Assembly: GCA_964521575.1 (NCBI GenBank) | Contig: CAZFSR010000009.1 | Coordinates: 10,055-74,054, forward strand | Length of the DNA stretch: 64,000 nucleotides | Direction of reading: 5' to 3' | DNA from: an uncultured Synergistaceae bacterium | GTDB lineage: Bacteria > Synergistota > Synergistia > Synergistales > 79-D21 | Shown here: piece by piece, positions 1 through 9,105 of the stretch | Numbering within the stretch: the first letter of the stretch is position 1 | How the letters are laid out: each line of letters opens with the position of its first letter | Notes under the pieces: generated by a model | Databases searched by the model: none | What the model was told of the DNA's origin: nothing | Seen by the model: the letters and a program-made list of their open reading frames with translations, nothing else | Made by a program: the position numbers and the translations under genes

Positions 1-1
1 G

Positions 2-754
2 GACGGGCAGTACGAGGAATCGATTTCCTATCTCCTCCTCGGGGAAAACAGGGCAATGCTGGTCGACACGGGAAACGGAATCGCGAACCTGCGGGCACAG
101 TGCAGGAAACTCACGTCCCTTCCCATTCTGCTCGTGAACACACACTCCCATATCGACCACGTGGGATCCAACTACATGTTCGACGAGATCGCCGCTTTTG
201 ACGATCACATGGGCTTGGCCCGGAGGACCGCAGCACTGGGTTACCACCACGAAAAGGCCAGGACCTACATCGAGGGAAGCGCGGTCTGGAAGCCTTTCCC
301 GAAGGAGTTCGACCCATCGGCCTTCTGTATCCCGCCCTACCGGATCACCCGCTGGCTACAGGACGGGGAAGTGCTGGATCTGGGGGGAAGGCAGATTGAG
401 GTGCTTTACACGCCGGGCCATTCCCCGGACTCGATATGTCTGCTTGACCGCTGCGCGAGGATGCTCTGGGTCGGCGACCTGTTCTACACCGGGTCGATCT
501 ACACCTGGCTCGCCGGCGGCGATATCGATCTGCTCATCGAAAGCTTCGAACACCTGATCGGCCTCTTCCAGCACTATGACCTGCTCATGCCTTCGCACAA
601 CGAGGCGGCTATCGAAAAGGAAATCCTGCTGGAAGCGCTTGAGGGCGCCCGACAGGTACGGGATGGCAAGGGCGATTACATCCTCCTGGAAGGCGGCAGG
701 AGAAAGTACCCGTTCAGCCGCTTCGCCTTTGTCACCGGCCCGGATGGTCGTTAG
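2..754 (+). CDS. MBL-fold metallo-hydrolase (5'-truncated by window edge)
   Basis: THSHIDH (HxHxDH) motif, PGHS and PSH metal ligands; the frame is open from position 2 (DGQYEESISYLLLGENRAM...). Confidence 0.85.
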   Translation, partial: DGQYEESISYLLLGENRAMLVDTGNGIANLRAQCRKLTSLPILLVNTHSHIDHVGSNYMFDEIAAFDDHMGLARRTAALGYHHEKARTYIEGSAVWKPFPKEFDPSAFCIPPYRITRWLQDGEVLDLGGRQIEVLYTPGHSPDSICLLDRCARMLWVGDLFYTGSIYTWLAGGDIDLLIESFEHLIGLFQHYDLLMPSHNEAAIEKEILLEALEGARQVRDGKGDYILLEGGRRKYPFSRFAFVTGPDGR

Positions 755-773
755 CCTGCCCCCGTTCATTCCG

Positions 774-802
774 TTGCGAGGCTGACCGTGTTGCGATATA
801 AC
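774..802 (+). promoter_or_regulatory. sigma70-like promoter of the epimerase
   Basis: TTGCGA-17 bp-TATAAC upstream of a GGAGG RBS. Confidence 0.55.
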
Positions 803-844
803 CGGGAGGCAGGGAATCCCGGCGGCACGGATGGAGGCTGACTG

Positions 845-1849
845 ATGGAAAAAACGGCAAAGAAGCGGACCTGGCTGGTAACGGGGGCGGCGGGCTTCAT
901 CGGGAGCCACGTGGTCGAGGACCTGTTGTTGTCGGGCCAGGACGTGGTGGGGTTCGACAACCTCAGCACGGGCAGCCGTGAGAACCTGGAGGATGTGGCC
1001 CGGATCGTGGGGCCGGAACGCGGGGCGGCCTTTCGCATGGTCCTGGGCGACATCCGCGACCGGAACGCCTGCTTCGAGGCCTGCAAGGGAGTCGATGCCG
1101 TGGTGCACCTGGCGGCGATGGCCTCGGTGCCGGCTTCCCTGGCCAACCCGGAAGCCTGCCACGCGGTGAACGTGAACGGTTTCCTGAAGATCCTCACCAG
1201 CGCCCGGGCTGCGGGGGTGAAGCGCGTGGTGTACGCCTCCTCGAGCGCGGTCTACGGGGACGACGAAGGGCTGCCCAAGGTGGAGTCGCGCATCGGCCGG
1301 CCGCTGTCGCCCTACGCGCTTTCCAAGAGGATGGACGAGGAACTGGCGGACATGGCCTGGAGGATCTACGGCCTCCCCTGCGTGGGCCTGCGCTTCTTCA
1401 ACGTTTACGGGACGCGGCAGGATCCGGAGGGACCGTATGCCGCCGTGATCCCCATCTGGACGGACGCCCTGAAAAGGGGCGAGCGCCCCGTGGTCTACGG
1501 TGACGGGACCACGACGCGCGACTTCGTCTCGGTGAAGGACGTCGTGCGGGCCATCCGGATGGCGGCGGAAACGGAGAACGCGGCCTGTTTCGGGGAAGCC
1601 TTCAACATCGCGGCGGGCAAGTCGACCAGCCTGAACGAGCTTTTCGAGATCCTCCGGTCGGGCGTGGCGGAGGCAAAGCCGGAAACGGCCCTGATCGAGC
1701 CGCGCCACGCGGAATTTCGGCCCGGGGATATCCGGCACTCCACGGCCGACATCTCCAAGGCCCGGGACATCCTTGGCTTCGAGCCGAAAATTCCCCTTTC
1801 GGAGGGGCTGGACGCCCTGATCCGGGCTTTGCTGCAGCACGGCCGCTGA
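845..1849 (+). CDS. NAD-dependent epimerase/dehydratase (WbpP/UDP-GlcNAc 4-epimerase-like extended SDR)
   Basis: TGAAGFIGS, YASSSAVYG, YALSK (YxxxK), LRFFNVYG and GDIRHS motifs. Confidence 0.85.
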   Translation: MEKTAKKRTWLVTGAAGFIGSHVVEDLLLSGQDVVGFDNLSTGSRENLEDVARIVGPERGAAFRMVLGDIRDRNACFEACKGVDAVVHLAAMASVPASLANPEACHAVNVNGFLKILTSARAAGVKRVVYASSSAVYGDDEGLPKVESRIGRPLSPYALSKRMDEELADMAWRIYGLPCVGLRFFNVYGTRQDPEGPYAAVIPIWTDALKRGERPVVYGDGTTTRDFVSVKDVVRAIRMAAETENAACFGEAFNIAAGKSTSLNELFEILRSGVAEAKPETALIEPRHAEFRPGDIRHSTADISKARDILGFEPKIPLSEGLDALIRALLQHGR

Positions 1850-1877
1850 ATTCACCGGCAATTTCAAGAACAGCGAG

Positions 1878-1904
1878 AGCCTTCCTTTCGGGGAAGGCTT
1901 TTTT
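1878..1904 (+). terminator. intrinsic terminator
   Basis: AGCCTTCCT-TTCG-GGGAAGGCT stem-loop followed by a T run. Confidence 0.85.
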
Positions 1905-1957
1905 GTTCCCGATAAAAATAAACTATATGAAAAGATGAAGGGTCATTTTTTTAATAA

Positions 1958-1986
1958 TTGACATCATTAGAGCGAGGGAATAGGCT
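1958..1986 (+). promoter_or_regulatory. sigma70 promoter of the autotransporter
   Basis: TTGACA-17 bp-TAGGCT with an AT-rich upstream region. Confidence 0.65.
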
Positions 1987-2037
1987 TGAGACGGTTTCAA
2001 TTTCGGGTGAAAACTGGCCGGAAAAGAGGTGTGCCGG

Positions 2038-5000
2038 ATGAGGGGAACAAAAAGGATTCTTGCGGCAGGGGTGATGATCTGCTTTGTTTTTGCCGCTCCA
2101 GTCCAGGCCGTCACGGTCAACCCGGAGGGGAACACCCTCGTCAACACGACCCTGACGGGCGGAGATTGCCAGAACCTCGGAATCATCAGCACCACTTCGG
2201 ATGACCGTTACGGGATTTTCAGCCCGGGCTTCCTGCTCATCAACGGCCCGGGAGCGGCAGTGATCGAGACTTACGGGCTTCGGGCACACGGGATGTTCGC
2301 CGACGACGAATCGACGGCCTGGAACCTCATGGCGGCCGCGATCGAAACCTGGGGGGATTCGGCGCACGGCATGGTGGCCTCCGGCGACTCGTTGGCGGTC
2401 AACTGGGGGGCGGTCACGACCCACGGGGAAAACGCCTACGGGATGTTCGCGACAGGCAGTTCGGATCTTGTCAATCACGGCTCGATCGTCACGAACGGTG
2501 TGTGGGGCCTGGGCTTGAACGCGGCCTACGGGTCCAGCGCCTTCAACGACGGGTCCATCACGACGGCGAGCGACGATGCCGTGGGCATCCTGGTGACCCT
2601 AAACTCGACGGGCGAAAACGAGGGCTCGATCGCCACGAGCGGGGACCGGGCCGACGGGATGTTGGCTTCGGGAAACTCCACGATCTCGAACTCGGGCAGC
2701 ATCGCCACGAGCGGCGACTACGCCCATGGGATGACGGCGTCGGTCGGCTCCTCCGCGGACAATTCCGGTTCCATAGCGACGAGCGGTAGCTACGCGATCG
2801 GCATGTCGGCAGCCACCGGTTCTACGGCGACGAACAGTGGCACGATCACGACGGGCGGTAACGAAGCCCTCGGCATGCGTGCGGACGGCACGTCATGGAT
2901 CCGGAACGAATCAGGCGGGAGCATCGTGACCTACGGCGAGGACAGCCACGGCATGCTGGCTACGCTCGCTTCCTCCGCGGACAACGCCGGCTCCATCGAG
3001 ACGAATGGCTTGTCCGCCCTGGGCATGGCCGCAACGGCCTTCTCCTACGCGGTGAACTCCGGTTCCATCACGACCCACGGGAACGGGTCCCACGGGATGT
3101 TCGCCGATCTCGAATCCATGATTTCCAACCTCGGTGCCGATTCCATCGTGACCTGGGGCGACAGGGCGTACGGCATGTTCGCCAAGGGCTATTCAAGTGC
3201 AGACAACTCCGGGGCTATCACGACGTACGGGGAAGATTCATTCGGCATGGCGGTCGAGGACCACTCACACGCGACCAATACCGGGACGATCCAGACCTGG
3301 GGTGTGGGATCCCACGGCATGTCGGCCAAGGAGAGTTCCCTGGCGCTCAACGACAATGGAGGATCGATCCTGACGGCCAGCGACGATGCCGTTGGCATGC
3401 TGGCACAGACGAACTCCACGGCGATGAACGATGGTTCCATATCGACCGCGGGTCTTGGTTCGTTCGGCATGATGGCCGAAGACGGTTCGCTAATCCGTAA
3501 CCTGTATTTCGGGACGATCGAAACCACGGGCGACTGGGCCGTCGGAATGGTCGCCTCAGACGATTCCATGGCGGACAACAGCAGCGGCATTTTCACGAGC
3601 GGCCTCGGGGCCCACGGAATCCTGGTCCTGGCGGGTTCGGAAGCCTCTAGTTCGGGGCTGGTCGTGACAAGCGGGGACACCGCCTACGGGATCGCCGCGC
3701 AGGAAGATTCCTCCGCCACGAATTCTGCGATGGGGGAGATCCAAACCCACGGTTTGGGGGCTTACGGCATGGCCGCGGTGATTTCCTCCGATGTCCTTAA
3801 CCTTGGCTCGATCACGACCCAGGGGAACGGGGCCTACGGTATGGCCGCCTTATCCCACTCGACGGCGGACAACCGGGGAAGCATCGTCACGAGTGGGGAC
3901 GGTGCTTACGGCATGTACGGGGAAAACGGCTCGGAACTTTCCAACTCGGGGACGATCGTGACCTATGGCGAGGATTCCTTCGGGATGTATGCCAACAGCG
4001 TCTCCTCAGCCGTCAACACCGGGGAAATCACGACATACGGGCTGCGCGCACGCGGCATGCAGGCCTACCTCGACTCCACGATATCCAACCTCGGTGCGGA
4101 CTCCATCGAGACCTGGGGAGAGAGCGCCTACGGGATGGCGGCGTTCGACAACTCGAGCGCGGACAACTCGGGCTCGATCACGACCCACGGGGACAAGGCC
4201 ATCGGCATGTACGCCCATATCTCCTCGTACGCCGAGAACAGCGGGTCCATCACGACCTACGGTGAGCAGGCGATGGGGATGCGGGCGGACGAAACCTCGG
4301 AACTCGAGAACACGGGAACGATCTGGACCGCCGGCGACGGGGCCCACGGCATGGAAGTGGTGGAATACAGCCAGGGCGTGAACAGCGGAACCATCACGAC
4401 CCTGGGGACGGCCGCCCATGCCGTACGGGTGGACTTCAACGGAGGCTTCACGAACAGCGGGACCCTGGACAGCCTCAACGGTTATGCGCTTCTTGCGACG
4501 AATGCAAGCCAGGTCTCCCTGCTGGACGGAACGGTGCTGGCGGGGAATCGCGACCTGGTGGGCGACGAAACGTCGAGCCTGGAGGTGGCGATGGACGGCA
4601 GCCTATCGGCCAGGGTTTCGGGTTTCGGCTCGTTCGCCAAGAACCATGCCGGGTGGATGAGGCTCGAGGGAAACTCCTGGGCCAATCACACGCAACTGAA
4701 TGGCGGAGTGCTCGAAATCGAGCATGGAGGGCAGTTTTGGACTGAAACGTACCTGCAAGACCCGGGAACGACGCTTTTCGTCTACGCCAACCCCGTCGTG
4801 CCGCTTCTGGTTTCGGCCGATGCCAACATGAGCGGAAACATGATGATCGACCTGTCGGGTGTGCCCCTGCCGGGGATCTACACCTACATCGACGCCGGAA
4901 GCTACATCGACAACTTCGACACCGAGTTCGTGAACAACTACGAGGGACTCTACGACCCCTACATGCCCCAGTGGTTCAGCGAGGGAGGCCGGGAATACTA

Positions 5001-5964
5001 CCGGGGGATGATCTCCTACGCCTTCTCGGAACAGGCCCTGGGGCTGGTTTCGGCGATCCAGGACTGGTCGCTGCTCCGGTGGGTCATGGGCAACCACCTG
5101 GCCGACGTGTCCGCCGGGCTTTATGACCTGTCCGACGGAGAGCGGCATTTCCATTTCCACGGCCTGTACGGCAAGACGGAGCGCGACCCGGCTGGGGACA
5201 GCCCGGCGGGCTTCGACGCGACCCAGTCGGGCGTCAGCCTCGGTTTCGACCAGAGGGTGAACGACCGGACCGTATGGGGGCTCTACGCCGGCTACACGAA
5301 AAACGACCTGGACATCACCCGCGTCGCCCCGGCGGCGTCGGACTGGGAGAACCAGGAGAGCTGGCATTTCGGGGGATACGTGAGCTACAGGACGGGCAAC
5401 TGGATCCTGACGGACGCCCTGACCTACCGCACCACGGACCACGAAACCTGGCGGAACCAGTTGGGCGGGGCGGCCACGGCGGACTTCGACAGCTGGTCGA
5501 TCACGAACGACTTCCGGGCGGGATACGTGATCCGGGAGATCGGGCCCGACTCGAACTGGGAGATCGTTCCGGAGATCGGGTTCAACTTCGGCCACCTGAG
5601 CCGGGACGGCTACACGGAAAAGAACGGCTTCACATACCGCGACTTCGACACCACGGTGTGGGAGAGCGTGCTGGGAGTCCGCTTCCGGGGCGAGTTCGCC
5701 AGGGATGACGGCTCCAGGTGGGTGCCCCAGCTTCGGCTTTCCTGGGTGCACCTGCTGAGCGGGGACGACGTGACGGTGGCGCAGTGGTGGGGCGGCGACT
5801 GGCACACCTACACGGAAGTGCTGGACGACGACGCCTTCGTGGTGGACCTGGGGGTTTCCCTCTTCACGGCGGGCGATGCGGAATTCTCCCTGTCCTACAA
5901 CGGCCGCTTCAGCGACAACAGCGAATCCCACGGCGCCTGGCTCAGGATCATGATGAAATTCTAG
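2038..5964 (+). CDS. autotransporter (type V) with repetitive beta-helical passenger and C-terminal beta-barrel
   Basis: Signal peptide MRGTKRILAAGVMICFVFAAPVQA; about 30 tandem repeats; C-terminal barrel-type strands (GVSLGFD, WGLYAGY, VLGVRF) ending in Phe; AGAGGTG RBS fits ATG 2038. Confidence 0.85.
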   Translation: MRGTKRILAAGVMICFVFAAPVQAVTVNPEGNTLVNTTLTGGDCQNLGIISTTSDDRYGIFSPGFLLINGPGAAVIETYGLRAHGMFADDESTAWNLMAAAIETWGDSAHGMVASGDSLAVNWGAVTTHGENAYGMFATGSSDLVNHGSIVTNGVWGLGLNAAYGSSAFNDGSITTASDDAVGILVTLNSTGENEGSIATSGDRADGMLASGNSTISNSGSIATSGDYAHGMTASVGSSADNSGSIATSGSYAIGMSAATGSTATNSGTITTGGNEALGMRADGTSWIRNESGGSIVTYGEDSHGMLATLASSADNAGSIETNGLSALGMAATAFSYAVNSGSITTHGNGSHGMFADLESMISNLGADSIVTWGDRAYGMFAKGYSSADNSGAITTYGEDSFGMAVEDHSHATNTGTIQTWGVGSHGMSAKESSLALNDNGGSILTASDDAVGMLAQTNSTAMNDGSISTAGLGSFGMMAEDGSLIRNLYFGTIETTGDWAVGMVASDDSMADNSSGIFTSGLGAHGILVLAGSEASSSGLVVTSGDTAYGIAAQEDSSATNSAMGEIQTHGLGAYGMAAVISSDVLNLGSITTQGNGAYGMAALSHSTADNRGSIVTSGDGAYGMYGENGSELSNSGTIVTYGEDSFGMYANSVSSAVNTGEITTYGLRARGMQAYLDSTISNLGADSIETWGESAYGMAAFDNSSADNSGSITTHGDKAIGMYAHISSYAENSGSITTYGEQAMGMRADETSELENTGTIWTAGDGAHGMEVVEYSQGVNSGTITTLGTAAHAVRVDFNGGFTNSGTLDSLNGYALLATNASQVSLLDGTVLAGNRDLVGDETSSLEVAMDGSLSARVSGFGSFAKNHAGWMRLEGNSWANHTQLNGGVLEIEHGGQFWTETYLQDPGTTLFVYANPVVPLLVSADANMSGNMMIDLSGVPLPGIYTYIDAGSYIDNFDTEFVNNYEGLYDPYMPQWFSEGGREYYRGMISYAFSEQALGLVSAIQDWSLLRWVMGNHLADVSAGLYDLSDGERHFHFHGLYGKTERDPAGDSPAGFDATQSGVSLGFDQRVNDRTVWGLYAGYTKNDLDITRVAPAASDWENQESWHFGGYVSYRTGNWILTDALTYRTTDHETWRNQLGGAATADFDSWSITNDFRAGYVIREIGPDSNWEIVPEIGFNFGHLSRDGYTEKNGFTYRDFDTTVWESVLGVRFRGEFARDDGSRWVPQLRLSWVHLLSGDDVTVAQWWGGDWHTYTEVLDDDAFVVDLGVSLFTAGDAEFSLSYNGRFSDNSESHGAWLRIMMKF
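2200..4440 (+). repeat. about 31 tandem ~24-aa repeats (NSGSITTxGxxAxGMxAxxxSxAx)
   Basis: Counted 31 AxGMxA-type units in the translation. Confidence 0.9.
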
Positions 5965-5989
5965 GACCCGGGGCAGGCTTTGCGAAAGG

Positions 5990-6021
5990 ACCGGGGTCAG
6001 GTCTTAAGACCTGACCCCGGT
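5990..6021. repeat. perfect 32-bp palindrome built from REP-like GGGGTCAG units
   Basis: ACCGGGGTCAGGTCTTAAGACCTGACCCCGGT equals its own reverse complement. Confidence 0.9.
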
Positions 6022-6061
6022 TTCGTGGCCCCGGCTTGGGTTCTGTAATCGCAGTGGTTCC

Positions 6062-6090
6062 TTGCTTTAAAGAGATGCGCCCTGTATAGT
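6062..6090 (+). promoter_or_regulatory. sigma70-like promoter of the HD-GYP gene
   Basis: TTGCTT-17 bp-TATAGT. Confidence 0.55.
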
Positions 6091-6137
6091 GAAATCATCT
6101 GAAATTATCCCTTCATCTCGAAAAAGGAGGCTCCTCC

Positions 6138-7919
6138 GTGGATCCTGGCTTGAAGCCCCTACGCGAGAACCCGTGCGCTGCTGCGAACGGAAGTGAAGAA
6201 GCCTTGCGGATGCGCCGCCTCTTTCGCCTGGTGGAAAACACCTTCAGCGAGGTCTACTTTTTTGGCGGGGATGACCTGCGGTTTGAATATGCGAACGCGG
6301 CCGCGGTGAGGAACACGGGATATTCCCCGGAGGAACTCTTCGGGATGACCCCCCTGGACCTCAAGCCCGAGTTCGACGCGGAAAGTTTTGCCCGCCTGCT
6401 GTTCCCCCTGCTGCAGGGAACCGTGCCCCATGTCCGGTTCCAAACGGTGCATCGCCGGAAGGATGGCTCGACTTACGAATGTGACGTCCTGCTTCAGCTT
6501 CTGGGCGATCCCGGGGAGAAGAGTTACGCCGCGATCGTCCGGGATGTGACGGACTGGAAGCGCGCCGTCAGGGAACTGGCCGAAAGCGAAGGCCGGTTCA
6601 AGAGCCTTTTTGAAAAGAACCGCTCGGTCATGCTCCTGATCGACCCGGACGGCGGGAGGATCCTGGACGCGAACGAAGCTGCCGTCAGTTTCTACGGCTA
6701 TTCACGCAAGAAACTTTGTTCCATGAGGATCACCGACATCAACCTCCTGTCGCCTGAAGAAGTCCAGGCCGAGATGAAGCGAGCGGAGGCAGGGGGAAAA
6801 GAGCGTTTCCTTTTCAGGCACCGGCTGGCGGACGGAACGGGGCGAGATGTGGAGGTCTATTCGGGACCGGTCAGCCATCAGGGAAGAACCTTGCTTTATT
6901 CCATCGTTCACGACGTGACGGAAAGGGTCGCCGCCGAGCGGGAGCTGGCCGAGAAGACGGCCCTTTTGAACCAGCTTTTCGAAAACGCCCCGTTTGCCAT
7001 TTTCCGGAGCCGGGTCGGCGGAGAGCTGGTCCGGGTCAACCGGGCGGCACAGGATCTTTTCGGCTACCTGCCGGAGGAGATGATCGGGCGGACGTCGGAC
7101 GAATTGATCGTGCCGGAAGACCGAAAGGATGAAGCCCAATCCTACACGGTACAGCTTCACGAAGCACGGCGGAAGGTGGCCTTTGAAAGCGTGCGAAAAC
7201 GGAAGGACGGTTCCCTCATGGACGTGTCCTTCTTCGGGTTCCCGATCCAGCTGGGGGGGGAGGTGATCGGGGGCTACGGGATCTACAACGACATTACGGC
7301 CCGGAAGGAAGCGGAACGGCTCCTGCGGGAGAGCTACCTGGAAATCCACAAGCAGCTGCTCGCCCTGAGACGGTCCTGGAACCAGACGGTCCACATCCTG
7401 GCGTCCGTGGTCGAGGCAAGGGATCCGTACACGGCCGGGCACCAGAAAAAGGTCGCCCAGCTGGCCGGAGAGATCGCCGCGCAGATGAAGCTGCCGGACG
7501 ACCAGGTGGACCAGGTGATCCTCGCGGCACTGGTCCACGATATCGGGAAGGTCGAGGTGCCGTCGGAGATCCTGTCGAAGCCCGGTTCGCTGAGCCCCCT
7601 CGAGCTGCAGCTGATACGGACGCACCCCGAGGCAGGGCGCCGGATTCTTTCCGGCCTGCAGACCCCCTGGCCCCTGGCGGAGATCATCTTCCAGCACCAC
7701 GAACGGCTCGACGGCAGCGGCTACCCCCAGGGGCTTTCCGGGGATGCGATCCTGCTGGAAGCCAGGATTATCGCCGTGGCCGACGTCGTCGAGGCCATGA
7801 CTTCCCACCGCCCGTACCGGCCGGCCTGGCAGGCCGAAGCGGTGGCGGCGGAGATGATCCGCCAGCGCGGGACCGCTTTTGACGCCGACGTGGTGGACGC
7901 CTGGCTCGAAATCCAGTAA
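6138..7919 (+). CDS. triple-PAS/PAC + HD-GYP cyclic-dinucleotide phosphodiesterase
   Basis: Three PAS/PAC units (HRRKDGS, HRLADGT, RKRKDGS); HDIGK, HHERLDGSGYP and ADVVEAM motifs; AAGGAGG RBS. Confidence 0.9.
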   Translation: MDPGLKPLRENPCAAANGSEEALRMRRLFRLVENTFSEVYFFGGDDLRFEYANAAAVRNTGYSPEELFGMTPLDLKPEFDAESFARLLFPLLQGTVPHVRFQTVHRRKDGSTYECDVLLQLLGDPGEKSYAAIVRDVTDWKRAVRELAESEGRFKSLFEKNRSVMLLIDPDGGRILDANEAAVSFYGYSRKKLCSMRITDINLLSPEEVQAEMKRAEAGGKERFLFRHRLADGTGRDVEVYSGPVSHQGRTLLYSIVHDVTERVAAERELAEKTALLNQLFENAPFAIFRSRVGGELVRVNRAAQDLFGYLPEEMIGRTSDELIVPEDRKDEAQSYTVQLHEARRKVAFESVRKRKDGSLMDVSFFGFPIQLGGEVIGGYGIYNDITARKEAERLLRESYLEIHKQLLALRRSWNQTVHILASVVEARDPYTAGHQKKVAQLAGEIAAQMKLPDDQVDQVILAALVHDIGKVEVPSEILSKPGSLSPLELQLIRTHPEAGRRILSGLQTPWPLAEIIFQHHERLDGSGYPQGLSGDAILLEARIIAVADVVEAMTSHRPYRPAWQAEAVAAEMIRQRGTAFDADVVDAWLEIQ

Positions 7920-7923
7920 ATCT

Positions 7924-7940
7924 GGGGTCAGACCTTGAAT
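7924..7940 (+). repeat. dispersed REP-like 17-mer GGGGTCAGACCTTGAAT
   Basis: Identical to the reverse complement of 16805-16821; related to the arms of the 5990-6021 palindrome. Confidence 0.75.
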
Positions 7941-7996
7941 TCGACCGTATGTATACAGTCTGCCGCGCGGAGCCGGACCTTCTCCCGGTCCGGCTT

Positions 7997-8995
7997 TTAC
8001 TTCTTGAGGCTTGCCTCGCGCCTGAGCAGCTCGACGCCGTGTGCCATCTCCGCGGCCACGTGGGTGAAATAGGAGATCTCGGAGGGGCCGAACGCCCCGG
8101 GTTCGCTGGAGTAGAGGCAGAGAACCCCGCGCGTCACGCCCCCCGACTTGAGGGGAAGGATGGCCACGGAGCGGTAGCCTCTTCTCAGGGCTTCCTCCAC
8201 GCGGAAGAAGTCTACCGAGGACGCTTCCAGGTCCGGCACGGTGACGGGTTCTCCCGTTGAAAGGACCTTCTTCGCGAGGCTCTTCGGGTAACGGCGTTCC
8301 CAGGCCTTTAGCCTGAGGCGGGTCAGGTAGTTCCTCTCATAACCGGCATGCCCGGCTTCCAGCAGGCGCTCGACGCCATCCTCGCCCTTCTCGGCGAACC
8401 CCGCCCAAGCCATCCTCAGGCCCATCCTTTTCACCAGGACCCTGCAGAAATCCCGGATGTACACCCGTTCGTCGTGCAGGATGAAAAGAAGGCGGTTGCA
8501 TTCGCTCATGGCCTGCATGGCCAATGCGGCGGCTTTCTGGCTTTCCTTCAGCTTGAGGTAGGCGGTTCTCTGGAGGACGAGGTCGGCACGGGCATCTTCC
8601 AGTTCGAAGGCCTGTGCGGCTCGCTCGCGGGCTTGCGCGGCGGTCCATGAGAGGGTTTCTTCGAGGGCTTCCGGGCAATCGAAGTCTTTGGGGCCGAGGA
8701 TCGCTTCGGCCCCAAGCCGCAGGAAGGGGGCGAGGCGTTCTTCCCCCGGGTTTTCCAGGAGGACCAGCAGGGGAAGGTTCGGAAACGACCGTTTCAGCAC
8801 GGAGAGAGCTGGTTCGTCCTGCGGTGGAGGGAGGCCTGGGTCCAGTATCGCGGCGTCGAACTTTTCCCGTGACAGGAATTCGACGGCTTCTTCCATGCTT
8901 TCCGCACGGGCGGTTTCGGCCCAGGCCAGGGAGGCCGCCCTGCGGGCCGATCCAGGGCCGATCAGCAGAACTCTTGAAGCCGGCAACGGTTGCAT
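7997..8995 (-). CDS. degenerate receiver + coiled coil + GAF protein without an output domain
   Basis: REC-like N-terminus (FDAAILDPGLP); GAF motifs (MAWAGFAE, GYRSVAILPL, GVLCLYSSEPGAF). Confidence 0.65.
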   Translation of the reverse strand: MQPLPASRVLLIGPGSARRAASLAWAETARAESMEEAVEFLSREKFDAAILDPGLPPPQDEPALSVLKRSFPNLPLLVLLENPGEERLAPFLRLGAEAILGPKDFDCPEALEETLSWTAAQARERAAQAFELEDARADLVLQRTAYLKLKESQKAAALAMQAMSECNRLLFILHDERVYIRDFCRVLVKRMGLRMAWAGFAEKGEDGVERLLEAGHAGYERNYLTRLRLKAWERRYPKSLAKKVLSTGEPVTVPDLEASSVDFFRVEEALRRGYRSVAILPLKSGGVTRGVLCLYSSEPGAFGPSEISYFTHVAAEMAHGVELLRREASLKK

Positions 8996-9105
8996 CGCCT
9001 TGCCTCCCCGTAAACCAGGATGGACTGCAGAACGATTTCATTCTAACATCCCCCGCCCCAGCTTGATCAAATCCGACCGCGGAATCCTGGTGTATTTCCG
9101 AGTGT

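Noticed and set aside
356-1867. 503-aa minus-strand ORF
   Set aside because: Antisense shadow of the epimerase and MBL genes
2200-4440. CRISPR-like periodicity
   Set aside because: Degenerate in-frame coding repeats of about 72 nt, not identical repeats with unique spacers; no cas genes
845-5964. Epimerase plus autotransporter as a dedicated glycosylation pair
   Set aside because: They are separated by a strong terminator and an independent promoter, and no glycosyltransferase is adjacent
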